A stretch of DNA of 64,000 bases from Eledone cirrhosa (GCA_964016885.1 OZ024740.1:438402001-438466000), one strand, 5' to 3'; positions 1-17,400 are shown, counted from the first letter of the stretch. Made by a program: numbers and translations. Notes: a model not told the origin generated them from the letters alone.

Positions 1-1654
1 TACCTTTAGAGAACATACCTTTATAGAATAGACCTTTATAGACCATACCTTTTTAGAACACACCTTTATAGAACATACCTTTATAGAACACACCTTTATA
101 GAACATACCTTTATATTACACAACTTTATAGTACACACCTTTAGCGTACATACCTTAATAGAACATACCTTTATAGAACATATCTTTAGAGAATATATCT
201 TTATAGAATAGACCTTTATAGAACATACCTTTATAGAACACACCTTTATAATACATAACTTTATAGAACACACCTTTATAGAACTTACCTTTATAGAACA
301 TACCTTTATAGAACATACCTATATAGAATACACCTTAATATAACATACCTTAATAGAACACACCTTTATAGAACTTATCTTTATAGTACATACCTTCATA
401 GAACACACCTTTATAGAATATACCTTTATAGAATGTACCCTCATAGAACACACCTTTATAGTACATACCTTAAAAGAACATACCTTTATAGAACACACCT
501 TTATAGTACATACATTAATAGAACATACCTTAATAGAACATACCTTTATAGAACATACTTTAATAGAACATGCCTTTATAGAACATACTTTAATAGAACA
601 TGCCTTTATAGAACAGACCTTTATAGAACATACCTTTATAGTTATTACCTTTATAGAACATACCTTAATAGAACATACCTTTATAGAACACACCTTAATA
701 GAACATGCCTTTATAGAACAGGCCTTTATAGAACATACCTTTATAGTACATACCTTTATAGTACATAACTTAATAGAACATGCCTTTATAGAAAATACCT
801 TTATAGAACAGACCTTTATAGAACATATCTTTATAGAAAATACCTTTATAGAAAATACCTTTATAGAACATACCTTTATAGAACATACCTTTATAGAACA
901 TACTTTTATAGAACACACCTTTATAGAATACACCTTAATATAACATACCTTAATAGAACACACCTTTATAGAACATACATTTATATTACACAACTTTATA
1001 GTACACACCTTTAGCGTACATACCTTAATAGAACATACCTTTATAGAACATATCTTTAGAGAATATATCTTTATAGAATAGACCTTTATAGAACATACCT
1101 TTATAGAACACACCTTTATAATACATAACTTTATAGAACACACCTTTATAAAACATACCTTTATAGAACATACGTTTATAGAACACACCTTTATAGAATA
1201 CACCTTAATATAACATACCTTTATAGAACACACCTTAATAGAACATGCCTTTATAGAACAGGCCTTTATAGAACATACCTTTGTAGTACATACCTTTATA
1301 GTACATACCTTAATAGAACATGCCTTTATAGAAAATACCTTTATAGAACAGACCTTTATAGAACATACCTTTGTAGAAAATACCTTTATAGAAAATACCT
1401 TTATAGAACATACCTTTATAGAACATACCTTTATAGAACATACCTTTATAGAACACACCTTAATAGAACATACCTTTATAGAACATACCTTTATAGAACA
1501 TACCTTTATAGAACCTAACTTCATAGAACATACCTTTATAGAACATACCTTTATAGAACATACCTTTATAGAATATACCTTTATAGAATATACCTTTATA
1601 GAACAGAACTTTATAGAACATACCTTTATAGAACATACCTTTATAGAACATACC

Positions 1655-4618
1655 TTTATAGAACAGACCTTTATAGAACATACCTTTATAGAAAATACCT
1701 TTATAGAACATACCTTTATAGAACACACCTTTATAGAACATACCTTTATTGAACATACCTCAATATAACATAACTTAATTGAACACACCTTTATAGAACA
1801 CACCTTAATAGAACACACCTTTATAGACCATACCTTAATAGAACATACCTTTATAGAACAGACCTTTATAGAACATACCTTTATACAACATACCTTTATA
1901 GAACACACCTTAATAGAACATACCTTTATAGAACATACCTTTATAGAACACACCTTTATAGAACATACCTTTATAGAATATACCTTTCTAGAAGATACCT
2001 TTATAGAACAGATCTTTATAGAACATACCTTTATAGTACATACCTTTATAGTACATACCTTAATAGAACATACCTTTATAGAACATATCTTTATAGAACA
2101 TACCTTTATAGAACATACCTTTATAGTACATACCTTTATAGTACAAACCTTAATAGAACATACCTTTATAGAACATAGCTTTATAGAACACACCTTAATA
2201 GAACACACCTTTATAGAACATAGCTTAATAGAACATACCTTTATAGAACATACCTTTATATTACACAACTATATAGTAGACACCTTTAGCGTACATACCT
2301 TAATAGAACATACCTTTATAGAACATATCTTTAGAGAACATATCTTTATAGAATAGACCTTTATAGAACATACCTTTATAGAACACACCTTTATAATACA
2401 TAACTTTATAGAACACACCTTTATAGAACATACCTTTATAGAACATACCTTTATAGAACACACCTTTATAGAATACACCTTAATATAACATACCTTAATA
2501 GAACACACCTTTATAGAACTTATCTTTATAGTACATACCTTTATAGAACACAACTTTATAGAATATACCTTTATAGAATGTACCCTTATAGAACACACCT
2601 CTATAGTACATACCTTAAAAGAACATACCTTTATAGAACACACCTTTAGAGTACATACATTAATAGAACATACCTTAATAGAACATACCTTTATAGAACA
2701 TACTTTAATAGAACATGCCTTTATAGAACATACTTTAATAGAACATGCCTTTATAGAACAGACCTTTATAGAACATACCTTTATAGTTATTACCTTTATG
2801 GAACATACCTTAATAGAACATACCTTTATAGAACACACATTTATAGAACAGACTCTTATAGAACATACCTTTATAGAATATACCTTTATAGAACAGACCT
2901 TTATAGAACATACCTTTATAGAACACACCTTAATAGAACATGCCTTTATAGAACAGGCCTTTATAGAACATACCTTTATAGTACATACCTTTATAGTACA
3001 TACCTTAATAGAACATGCCTTTATAGAACATATCTTTAGAGAATATATCTTTATAGAATAGACCTTTATAGAACATACCTTTATAGAACACACCTTTATA
3101 ATACATAACTTTATAGAACACACCTTTATAAAACATACCTTTATAGAACATACGTTTATAGAACACACCTTTATAGAATACACCTTAATATAACATACCT
3201 TTATAGAACACACCTTAATAGAACATGCCTTTATAGAACAGGCCTTTATAGAACAGACCTTTATAGAACATACCTTTATAGAAAATACCTTTATAGAACA
3301 TACCTTTATAGAACACACCTTTATAGAACATACCTTTATTGAACATACCTCAATATAACATAACTTAATTGAACACACCTTTATAGAACACACCTTAATA
3401 GAACACACCTTTATAGACCATACCTTAATAGAACATACCTTTATAGAACAGACCTTTATAGAACATACCTTTATACAACATACCTTTATAGAACACACCT
3501 TAATAGAACATACCTTTATAGAACATACCTTTATAGAACACACCTTTATAGAACATACCTTTATAGAATATACCTTTCTAGAAGATACCTTTATAGAACA
3601 GATCTTTATAGAACATACCTTTATAGTACATACCTTTATAGTACATACCTTAATAGAACATACCTTTATAGAACATATCTTTATAGAACATACCTTTATA
3701 GAACATACCTTTATAGTACATACCTTTATAGTACAAACCTTAATAGAACATACCTTTATAGAACATAGCTTTATAGAACACACCTTAATAGAACACACCT
3801 TTATAGAACATAGCTTAATAGAACATACCTTTATAGAACATACCTTTATATTACACAACTATATAGTAGACACCTTTAGCGTACATACCTTAATAGAACA
3901 TACCTTTATAGAACATATCTTTAGAGAACATATCTTTATAGAATAGACCTTTATAGAACATACCTTTATAGAACACACCTTTATAATACATAACTTTATA
4001 GAACACACCTTTATAGAACATACCTTTATAGAACATACCTTTATAGAACACACCTTTATAGAATACACCTTAATATAACATACCTTAATAGAACACACCT
4101 TTATAGAACTTATCTTTATAGTACATACCTTTATAGAACACAACTTTATAGAATATACCTTTATAGAATGTACCCTTATAGAACACACCTCTATAGTACA
4201 TACCTTAAAAGAACATACCTTTATAGAACACACCTTTAGAGTACATACATTAATAGAACATACCTTAATAGAACATACCTTTATAGAACATACTTTAATA
4301 GAACATGCCTTTATAGAACATACTTTAATAGAACATGCCTTTATAGAACAGACCTTTATAGAACATACCTTTATAGTTATTACCTTTATGGAACATACCT
4401 TAATAGAACATACCTTTATAGAACACACATTTATAGAACAGACTCTTATAGAACATACCTTTATAGAATATACCTTTATAGAACAGACCTTTATAGAACA
4501 TACCTTTATAGAACACACCTTAATAGAACATGCCTTTATAGAACAGGCCTTTATAGAACATACCTTTATAGTACATACCTTTATAGTACATACCTTAATA
4601 GAACATGCCTTTATAGAA
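1655..4618. repeat. Higher-order duplication, offset 1,590 bp (106 monomers): ~1655-3028 repeated at ~3245-4618
   Basis: Markers recur at +1590: CTCAATATAAC, TTCTAGAAGAT, CAACTATATAGTAGA (2269/3859) and GTTATTACCTTTATGG. Confidence 0.9.
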
Positions 4619-5444
4619 AATACCTATATAGAACAGACCTTTATAGAACATACCTTTATAGAAAATACCTTTATAGAAAATACCTTTATAGAACATACCT
4701 TTATAGAACATACCTCTATAGAACACACCTTAAGAGAACATACCTTTATAGAACATACCTTTATAGAACATACCATTATAGTACATACCTTTATAGTACA
4801 AACCTTAATAGAACATAACTTTATAGAACATAGCTTTATAGAACACACCTTAATAGAACACACCTTTATAGAACATAGCTTAATAGAACATACCTTTATA
4901 GAACAGACCTTTATAGAACATACCTTTATAGTTATTACCTTTATGGAACATACCTTAATAGAACATACCTTTATAGAACACACATTTATAGAACAGACTC
5001 TTATAGAACATACCTTTATAGAATATACCTTTATAGAACAGACCTTTATAGAACATACCTTTATAGAACACACCTTAATAGAACATGCCTTTATAGAACA
5101 GGCCTTTATAGAACATACCTTTATAGTACATACCTTTATAGTACATACCTTAATAGAACATGCCTTTATAGAAAATACCTATATAGAACAGACCTTTATA
5201 GAACATACCTTTATAGAAAATACCTTTATAGAAAATACCTTTATAGAACATACCTTTATAGAACATACCTCTATAGAACACACCTTAAGAGAACATACCT
5301 TTATAGAACATACCTTTATAGAACATACCATTATAGTACATACATTTATAGTACAAACCTTAATAGAACATACCTTTATAGAACATAGCTTTATAGAACA
5401 CACCTTAATAGAACACACCTTTATAGAACATAGCTTAATAGAAC
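4338..5444. repeat. Direct tandem duplication of 555 bp (37 monomers), also present at +10,981
   Basis: GTTATTACC at 4376 and 4931; TAG-forming CCTATATA at 4624 and 5179; CTTAAGAG and CCATTAT recur at +555. Confidence 0.9.
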
Positions 5445-8400
5445 TTACCTTTATAGAACATACCTTTATAGAACATACCTATATAGAATACACCTTAATA
5501 TAACATACCTTAATAGAACACACCTTTATAGAACTTATCTTTATAGTACATACCTTCATAGAACACACCTTTATAGAATATACCTTTATAGAATGTACCC
5601 TCATAGAACACACCTTTATAGTACATACCTTAAAAGAACATACCTTTATAGAACACACCTTTATAGTACATACATTAATAGAACATACCTTAATAGAACA
5701 TACCTTTATAGAACATACTTTAATAGAACATGCCTTTATAGAACATACTTTAATAGAACATGCCTTTATAGAACAGACCTTTATAGAACATACCTTTATA
5801 GTTATTACCTTTATAGAACATACCTTAATAGAACATACCTTTATAGAACACACCTTAATAGAACATGCCTTTATAGAACAGGCCTTTATAGAACATACCT
5901 TTATAGTACATACCTTTATAGTACATAACTTAATAGAACATGCCTTTATAGAAAATACCTTTATAGAACAGACCTTTATAGAACATATCTTTATAGAAAA
6001 TACCTTTATAGAAAATACCTTTATAGAACATACCTTTATAGAACATACCTTTATAGAACATACTTTTATAGAACACACCTTTATAGAATACACCTTAATA
6101 TAACATACCTTAATAGAACACACCTTTATAGAACATACATTTATATTACACAACTTTATAGTACACACCTTTAGCGTACATACCTTAATAGAACATACCT
6201 TTATAGAACATATCTTTAGAGAATATATCTTTATAGAATAGACCTTTATAGAACATACCTTTATAGAACACACCTTTATAATACATAACTTTATAGAACA
6301 CACCTTTATAAAACATACCTTTATAGAACATACGTTTATAGAACACACCTTTATAGAATACACCTTAATATAACATACCTTTATAGAACACACCTTAATA
6401 GAACATGCCTTTATAGAACAGGCCTTTATAGAACATACCTTTGTAGTACATACCTTTATAGTACATACCTTAATAGAACATGCCTTTATAGAAAATACCT
6501 TTATAGAACAGACCTTTATAGAACATACCTTTGTAGAAAATACCTTTATAGAAAATACCTTTATAGAACATACCTTTATAGAACATACCTTTATAGAACA
6601 TACCTTTATAGAACACACCTTAATAGAACATACCTTTATAGAACATACCTTTATAGAACATACCTTTATAGAACCTAACTTCATAGAACATACCTTTATA
6701 GAACATACCTTTATAGAACATACCTTTATAGAATATACCTTTATAGAATATACCTTTATAGAACAGAACTTTATAGAACATACCTTTATAGAACATACCT
6801 TTATAGAACATACCTTTATAGAACAGACCTTTATAGAACATACCTTTATAGAAAATACCTTTATAGAACATACCTTTATAGAACACACCTTTATAGAACA
6901 TACCTTTATTGAACATACCTCAATATAACATAACTTAATTGAACACACCTTTATAGAACACACCTTAATAGAACACACCTTTATAGACCATACCTTAATA
7001 GAACATACCTTTATAGAACAGACCTTTATAGAACATACCTTTATACAACATACCTTTATAGAACACACCTTAATAGAACATACCTTTATAGAACATACCT
7101 TTATAGAACACACCTTTATAGAACATACCTTTATAGAATATACCTTTCTAGAAGATACCTTTATAGAACAGATCTTTATAGAACATACCTTTATAGTACA
7201 TACCTTTATAGTACATACCTTAATAGAACATACCTTTATAGAACATATCTTTATAGAACATACCTTTATAGAACATACCTTTATAGTACATACCTTTATA
7301 GTACAAACCTTAATAGAACATACCTTTATAGAACATAGCTTTATAGAACACACCTTAATAGAACACACCTTTATAGAACATAGCTTAATAGAACATACCT
7401 TTATAGAACATACCTTTATATTACACAACTATATAGTAGACACCTTTAGCGTACATACCTTAATAGAACATAGCTTTATAGAACATATCTTTAGAGAACA
7501 TATCTTTATAGAATAGACCTTTATAGAACATACCTTTATAGAACACACCTTTATAATACATAACTTTATAGAACACACCTTTATAGAACATACCTTTATA
7601 GAACATACCTTTATAGAACACACCTTTATAGAATACACCTTAATATAACATACCTTAATAGAACACACCTTTATAGAACTTATCTTTATAGTACATACCT
7701 TTATAGAACACAACTTTATAGAATATACCTTTATAGAATGTACCCTTATAGAACACACCTCTATAGTACATACCTTAAAAGAACATACCTTTATAGAACA
7801 CACCTTTAGAGTACATACATTAATAGAACATACCTTAATAGAACATACCTTTATAGAACATACTTTAATAGAACATGCCTTTATAGAACATACTTTAATA
7901 GAACATGCCTTTATAGAACAGACCTTTATAGAACATACCTTTATAGTTATTACCTTTATGGAACATACCTTAATAGAACATACCTTTATAGAACACACAT
8001 TTATAGAACAGACTCTTATAGAACATACCTTTATAGAACATACCTTTATAGAACACACCTTTATAGAACAGACCTTTATAGAACATACCTCTATAGAACA
8101 TACCTTTATAGAATAGACCTTTATAGAACATAACTTTATAGAACATACCTTTATAGAATAGACCTTTATAGACCATACCTTTTTAGAACACACCTTTATA
8201 GAACATACCTTTATAGAACACACCTTTATAGAACATACCTTTATATTACACAACTTTATAGTACACACCTTTAGCGTACATACCTTAATAGAACATACCT
8301 TTATAGAACATATCTTTAGAGAATATATCTTTATAGAATAGACCTTTATAGAACATACCTTTATAGAACACACCTTTATAATACATAACTTTATAGAACA

Positions 8401-11400
8401 CACCTTTATAGAACATACCTTTATAGAACATACTTTTATAGAACACACCTTTATAGAATACACCTTAATATAACATACCTTAATAGAACACACCTTTATA
8501 GAACATACCTTTATATTACACAACTTTATAGTACACACCTTTAGCGTACATACCTTAATAGAACATACCTTTATAGAACATATCTTTAGAGAATATATCT
8601 TTATAGAATAGACCTTTTATAGAACATACCTTTATAGAACACACCTTTATAATACATAACTTTATAGAACACACCTTTATAGAACATACCTTTATAGAAC
8701 ATACTTTTATAGAACACACCTTTATAGAATACACCTTAATATAACATACCTTTATAGAACACACCTTAATAGAACATGCCTTTATAGAACAGGCCTTTAT
8801 AGAACATACCTTTGTAGTACATACCTTTATAGTACATACCTTAATAGAACATGCCTTTATAGAAAATACCTTTATAGAACAGACCTTTATAGAACATACC
8901 TTTGTAGAAAATACCTTTATAGAAAATACCTTTATAGAACATACCTTTATAGAACATACCTTTATAGAACATACCTTTATAGAACAGACCTTTATAGAAC
9001 ATACCTTTATAGAACATACCTTTATAGAACATACCTTTATAGAACATAACTTTATAGAACATACCTTTATAGAACATACCTTTATAGAACATACCTTTAT
9101 AGAATATACCTTTATAGAATATACCTTTATAGAACAGAACTTTATAGAACATACCTTTATAGAACATACCTTTATAGAACATACCTTTATAGAACAGACC
9201 TTTATAGAACATACCTTTATAGAAAATACCTTTATAGAACATACCTTTATAGAACACACCTTTATAGAACATACCTTTATTGAACATACCTCAATATAAC
9301 ATAACTTAATTGAACACACCTTTATAGAACACACCTTAATAGAACACACCTTTATAGACCATACCTTAATAGAACATACCTTTATAGAACAGACCTTTAT
9401 AGAACATACCTTTATACAACATACCTTTATAGAACACACCTTAATAGAACATACCTTTATAGAACATACCTTTATAGAACACACCTTTATAGAACATACC
9501 TTTATAGAATATACCTTTCTAGAAGATACCTTTATAGAACAGATCTTTATAGAACATACCTTTATAGTACATACCTTTATAGTACATACCTTAATAGAAC
9601 ATACCTTTATAGAACATATCTTTATAGAACATACCTTTATAGAACATACCTTTATAGTACATACCTTTATAGTACAAACCTTAATAGAACATACCTTTAT
9701 AGAACATAGCTTTATAGAACACACCTTAATAGAACACACCTTTATAGAACATAACTTAATAGAACATACCTTTATAGAACATACCTTTATATTACACAAC
9801 TATATAGTAGACACCTTTAGCGTACATACCTTAATAGAACATACCTTTATAGAACATATCTTTAGAGAACATATCTTTATAGAATAGACCTTTATAGAAC
9901 ATACCTTTATAGAACACGCCTTTATAATACAAAACTTTATAGAACACACCTTTATAGAACATACCTTTATAGAACATACCTTTATAGAACACACCTTTAT
10001 AGAATACACCTTAATATAACATACCTTAATAGAACACACCTTTATAGAACTTATCTTTATAGTACATACCTTTATAGAACACAACTTTATAGAATATACC
10101 TTTATAGAATGTACCCTTATAGAACACACCTCTATAGTACATACCTTAAAAGAACATACCTTTATAGAACACACCTTTATAGTACATACATTAATAGAAC
10201 ATACCTTAATAGAACATACCTTTATAGAACATACTTTAATAGAACATGCCTTTATAGAACATACTTTAATAGAACATGCCTTTATAGAACAGACCTTTAT
10301 AGAACATACCTTTATAGTTATTACCTTTATGGAACATACCTTAATAGAACATACCTTTATAGAACACACATTTATAGAACAGATTCTTATAGAACATACC
10401 TTTATAGAATATACCTTTATAGAACAGACCTTTATAGAACATACCTTTATAGAACACACCTTAATAGAACATGCCTTTATAGAACAGGCCTTTATAGAAC
10501 ATACCTTTATAGTACATACCTTTATAGTACATACCTTAATAGAACATGCCTTTATAGAAAATACCTTTATAGAACAGACCTTTATAGAACATACCTTTAT
10601 AGAAAATACCTTTATAGAAAATACCTTTATAGAACATACCTTTATAGAACATACCTCTATAGAACACACCTTAAGAGAACATACCTTTATAGAACATACC
10701 TTTATAGAACATACCATTATAGTACATACCTTTATAGTACAAACCTTAATAGAACATACCTTTATAGAAAATAGCTTTATAGAACACACCTTAATAGAAC
10801 ACACCTTTATAGAACATAGCTTAATAGAACATACCTTTATAGAACAGACCTTTATAGAACATACCTTTATAGAACATACCTTTATAGAACATACCTTTAT
10901 AGAACACACCTTTATAGAACAGACCTTTATAGAACATACCTCTATAGAACATACCTTTATAGAATAGACCTTTATAGAACATACCTTTAGAGAACATACC
11001 TTTATAGAATAGACCTTTATAGACCATACCTTTTTAGAACACACCTTTATAGAACATACCTTTATAGAACACACCTTTATAGAACATACCTTTATATTAC
11101 ACAACTTTATAGTACACACCTTTAGCGTACATACCTTAATAGAACATACCTTTATAGAACATATCTTTAGAGAATATATCTTTATAGAATAGACCTTTAT
11201 AGAACATACCTTTATAGAACACACCTTTATAATACATAACTTTATAGAACACACCTTTATAGAACTTACCTTTATAGAACATACCTTTATAGAACATACC
11301 TATATAGAATACACCTTAATATAACATACCTTAATAGAACACACCTTTATAGAACTTATCTTTATAGTACATACCTTCATAGAACACACCTTTATAGAAT

Positions 11401-14400
11401 ATACCTTTATAGAATGTACCCTCATAGAACACACCTTTATAGTACATACCTTAAAAGAACATACCTTTATAGAACACACCTTTATAGTACATACATTAAT
11501 AGAACATACCTTAATAGAACATACCTTTATAGAACATACTTTAATAGAACATGCCTTTATAGAACATACTTTAATAGAACATGCCTTTATAGAACAGACC
11601 TTTATAGAACATACCTTTATAGTTATTACCTTTATAGAACATACCTTAATAGAACATACCTTTATAGAACACACCTTAATAGAACATGCCTTTATAGAAC
11701 AGGCCTTTATAGAACATACCTTTATAGTACATACCTTTATAGTACATAACTTAATAGAACATGCCTTTATAGAAAATACCTTTATAGAACAGACCTTTAT
11801 AGAACATATCTTTATAGAAAATACCTTTATAGAAAATACCTTTATAGAACATACCTTTATAGAACATACCTTTATAGAACATACTTTTATAGAACACACC
11901 TTTATAGAATACACCTTAATATAACATACCTTAATAGAACACACCTTTATAGAACATACATTTATATTACACAACTTTATAGTACACACCTTTAGCGTAC
12001 ATACCTTAATAGAACATACCTTTATAGAACATATCTTTAGAGAATATATCTTTATAGAATAGACCTTTATAGAACATACCTTTATAGAACACACCTTTAT
12101 AATACATAACTTTATAGAACACACCTTTATAAAACATACCTTTATAGAACATACGTTTATAGAACACACCTTTATAGAATACACCTTAATATAACATACC
12201 TTTATAGAACACACCTTAATAGAACATGCCTTTATAGAACAGGCCTTTATAGAACATACCTTTGTAGTACATACCTTTATAGTACATACCTTAATAGAAC
12301 ATGCCTTTATAGAAAATACCTTTATAGAACAGACCTTTATAGAACATACCTTTGTAGAAAATACCTTTATAGAAAATACCTTTATAGAACATACCTTTAT
12401 AGAACATACCTTTATAGAACATACCTTTATAGAACACACCTTAATAGAACATACCTTTATAGAACATACCTTTATAGAACATACCTTTATAGAACCTAAC
12501 TTCATAGAACATACCTTTATAGAACATACCTTTATAGAACATACCTTTATAGAATATACCTTTATAGAATATACCTTTATAGAACAGAACTTTATAGAAC
12601 ATACCTTTATAGAACATACCTTTATAGAACATACCTTTATAGAACAGACCTTTATAGAACATACCTTTATAGAAAATACCTTTATAGAACATACCTTTAT
12701 AGAACACACCTTTATAGAACATACCTTTATTGAACATACCTCAATATAACATAACTTAATTGAACACACCTTTATAGAACACACCTTAATAGAACACACC
12801 TTTATAGACCATACCTTAATAGAACATACCTTTATAGAACAGACCTTTATAGAACATACCTTTATACAACATACCTTTATAGAACACACCTTAATAGAAC
12901 ATACCTTTATAGAACATACCTTTATAGAACACACCTTTATAGAACATACCTTTATAGAATATACCTTTCTAGAAGATACCTTTATAGAACAGATCTTTAT
13001 AGAACATACCTTTATAGTACATACCTTTATAGTACATACCTTAATAGAACATACCTTTATAGAACATATCTTTATAGAACATACCTTTATAGAACATACC
13101 TTTATAGTACATACCTTTATAGTACAAACCTTAATAGAACATACCTTTATAGAACATAGCTTTATAGAACACACCTTAATAGAACACACCTTTATAGAAC
13201 ATAGCTTAATAGAACATACCTTTATAGAACATACCTTTATATTACACAACTATATAGTAGACACCTTTAGCGTACATACCTTAATAGAACATACCTTTAT
13301 AGAACATATCTTTAGAGAACATATCTTTATAGAATAGACCTTTATAGAACATACCTTTATAGAACACACCTTTATAATACATAACTTTATAGAACACACC
13401 TTTATAGAACATACCTTTATAGAACATACCTTTATAGAACACACCTTTATAGAATACACCTTAATATAACATACCTTAATAGAACACACCTTTATAGAAC
13501 TTATCTTTATAGTACATACCTTTATAGAACACAACTTTATAGAATATACCTTTATAGAATGTACCCTTATAGAACACACCTCTATAGTACATACCTTAAA
13601 AGAACATACCTTTATAGAACACACCTTTAGAGTACATACATTAATAGAACATACCTTAATAGAACATACCTTTATAGAACATACTTTAATAGAACATGCC
13701 TTTATAGAACATACTTTAATAGAACATGCCTTTATAGAACAGACCTTTATAGAACATACCTTTATAGTTATTACCTTTATGGAACATACCTTAATAGAAC
13801 ATACCTTTATAGAACACACATTTATAGAACAGACTCTTATAGAACATACCTTTATAGAATATACCTTTATAGAACAGACCTTTATAGAACATACCTTTAT
13901 AGAACACACCTTAATAGAACATGCCTTTATAGAACAGGCCTTTATAGAACATACCTTTATAGTACATACCTTTATAGTACATACCTTAATAGAACATGCC
14001 TTTATAGAACATATCTTTAGAGAATATATCTTTATAGAATAGACCTTTATAGAACATACCTTTATAGAACACACCTTTATAATACATAACTTTATAGAAC
14101 ACACCTTTATAAAACATACCTTTATAGAACATACGTTTATAGAACACACCTTTATAGAATACACCTTAATATAACATACCTTTATAGAACACACCTTAAT
14201 AGAACATGCCTTTATAGAACAGGCCTTTATAGAACAGACCTTTATAGAACATACCTTTATAGAAAATACCTTTATAGAACATACCTTTATAGAACACACC
14301 TTTATAGAACATACCTTTATTGAACATACCTCAATATAACATAACTTAATTGAACACACCTTTATAGAACACACCTTAATAGAACACACCTTTATAGACC

Positions 14401-17400
14401 ATACCTTAATAGAACATACCTTTATAGAACAGACCTTTATAGAACATACCTTTATACAACATACCTTTATAGAACACACCTTAATAGAACATACCTTTAT
14501 AGAACATACCTTTATAGAACACACCTTTATAGAACATACCTTTATAGAATATACCTTTCTAGAAGATACCTTTATAGAACAGATCTTTATAGAACATACC
14601 TTTATAGTACATACCTTTATAGTACATACCTTAATAGAACATACCTTTATAGAACATATCTTTATAGAACATACCTTTATAGAACATACCTTTATAGTAC
14701 ATACCTTTATAGTACAAACCTTAATAGAACATACCTTTATAGAACATAGCTTTATAGAACACACCTTAATAGAACACACCTTTATAGAACATAGCTTAAT
14801 AGAACATACCTTTATAGAACATACCTTTATATTACACAACTATATAGTAGACACCTTTAGCGTACATACCTTAATAGAACATACCTTTATAGAACATATC
14901 TTTAGAGAACATATCTTTATAGAATAGACCTTTATAGAACATACCTTTATAGAACACACCTTTATAATACATAACTTTATAGAACACACCTTTATAGAAC
15001 ATACCTTTATAGAACATACCTTTATAGAACACACCTTTATAGAATACACCTTAATATAACATACCTTAATAGAACACACCTTTATAGAACTTATCTTTAT
15101 AGTACATACCTTTATAGAACACAACTTTATAGAATATACCTTTATAGAATGTACCCTTATAGAACACACCTCTATAGTACATACCTTAAAAGAACATACC
15201 TTTATAGAACACACCTTTAGAGTACATACATTAATAGAACATACCTTAATAGAACATACCTTTATAGAACATACTTTAATAGAACATGCCTTTATAGAAC
15301 ATACTTTAATAGAACATGCCTTTATAGAACAGACCTTTATAGAACATACCTTTATAGTTATTACCTTTATGGAACATACCTTAATAGAACATACCTTTAT
15401 AGAACACACATTTATAGAACAGACTCTTATAGAACATACCTTTATAGAATATACCTTTATAGAACAGACCTTTATAGAACATACCTTTATAGAACACACC
15501 TTAATAGAACATGCCTTTATAGAACAGGCCTTTATAGAACATACCTTTATAGTACATACCTTTATAGTACATACCTTAATAGAACATGCCTTTATAGAAA
15601 ATACCTATATAGAACAGACCTTTATAGAACATACCTTTATAGAAAATACCTTTATAGAAAATACCTTTATAGAACATACCTTTATAGAACATACCTCTAT
15701 AGAACACACCTTAAGAGAACATACCTTTATAGAACATACCTTTATAGAACATACCATTATAGTACATACCTTTATAGTACAAACCTTAATAGAACATAAC
15801 TTTATAGAACATAGCTTTATAGAACACACCTTAATAGAACACACCTTTATAGAACATAGCTTAATAGAACATACCTTTATAGAACAGACCTTTATAGAAC
15901 ATACCTTTATAGTTATTACCTTTATGGAACATACCTTAATAGAACATACCTTTATAGAACACACATTTATAGAACAGACTCTTATAGAACATACCTTTAT
16001 AGAATATACCTTTATAGAACAGACCTTTATAGAACATACCTTTATAGAACACACCTTAATAGAACATGCCTTTATAGAACAGGCCTTTATAGAACATACC
16101 TTTATAGTACATACCTTTATAGTACATACCTTAATAGAACATGCCTTTATAGAAAATACCTATATAGAACAGACCTTTATAGAACATACCTTTATAGAAA
16201 ATACCTTTATAGAAAATACCTTTATAGAACATACCTTTATAGAACATACCTCTATAGAACACACCTTAAGAGAACATACCTTTATAGAACATACCTTTAT
16301 AGAACATACCATTATAGTACATACATTTATAGTACAAACCTTAATAGAACATACCTTTATAGAACATAGCTTTATAGAACACACCTTAATAGAACACACC
16401 TTTATAGAACATAGCTTAATAGAACTTACCTTTATAGAACATACCTTTATAGAACATACCTATATAGAATACACCTTAATATAACATACCTTAATAGAAC
16501 ACACCTTTATAGAACTTATCTTTATAGTACATACCTTCATAGAACACACCTTTATAGAATATACCTTTATAGAATGTACCCTCATAGAACACACCTTTAT
16601 AGTACATACCTTAAAAGAACATACCTTTATAGAACACACCTTTATAGTACATACATTAATAGAACATACCTTAATAGAACATACCTTTATAGAACATACT
16701 TTAATAGAACATGCCTTTATAGAACATACTTTAATAGAACATGCCTTTATAGAACAGACCTTTATAGAACATACCTTTATAGTTATTACCTTTATAGAAC
16801 ATACCTTAATAGAACATACCTTTATAGAACACACCTTAATAGAACATGCCTTTATAGAACAGGCCTTTATAGAACATACCTTTATAGTACATACCTTTAT
16901 AGTACATAACTTAATAGAACATGCCTTTATAGAAAATACCTTTATAGAACAGACCTTTATAGAACATATCTTTATAGAAAATACCTTTATAGAAAATACC
17001 TTTATAGAACATACCTTTATAGAACATACCTTTATAGAACATACTTTTATAGAACACACCTTTATAGAATACACCTTAATATAACATACCTTAATAGAAC
17101 ACACCTTTATAGAACATACATTTATATTACACAACTTTATAGTACACACCTTTAGCGTACATACCTTAATAGAACATACCTTTATAGAACATATCTTTAG
17201 AGAATATATCTTTATAGAATAGACCTTTATAGAACATACCTTTATAGAACACACCTTTATAATACATAACTTTATAGAACACACCTTTATAAAACATACC
17301 TTTATAGAACATACGTTTATAGAACACACCTTTATAGAATACACCTTAATATAACATACCTTTATAGAACACACCTTAATAGAACATGCCTTTATAGAAC

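Larger units (their letters stand above)
281..8038. repeat. Higher-order duplication, offset 5,160 bp (344 monomers): 281-2878 repeated at 5441-8038, and again inside the 10,981-bp copy
   Basis: Identical 649-aa translations at 319 and 5479, with the same variant order. I noticed one difference, at 2313/7473. Confidence 0.92.

Noticed and set aside
10109-10774. Resemblance of TDLYR/TNLNR to bacterial A(D/N)LXX pentapeptide-repeat proteins
   Set aside because: The dominant unit is TYLYR, which does not fit the motif, and frequent TAA/TAG variants interrupt this frame.
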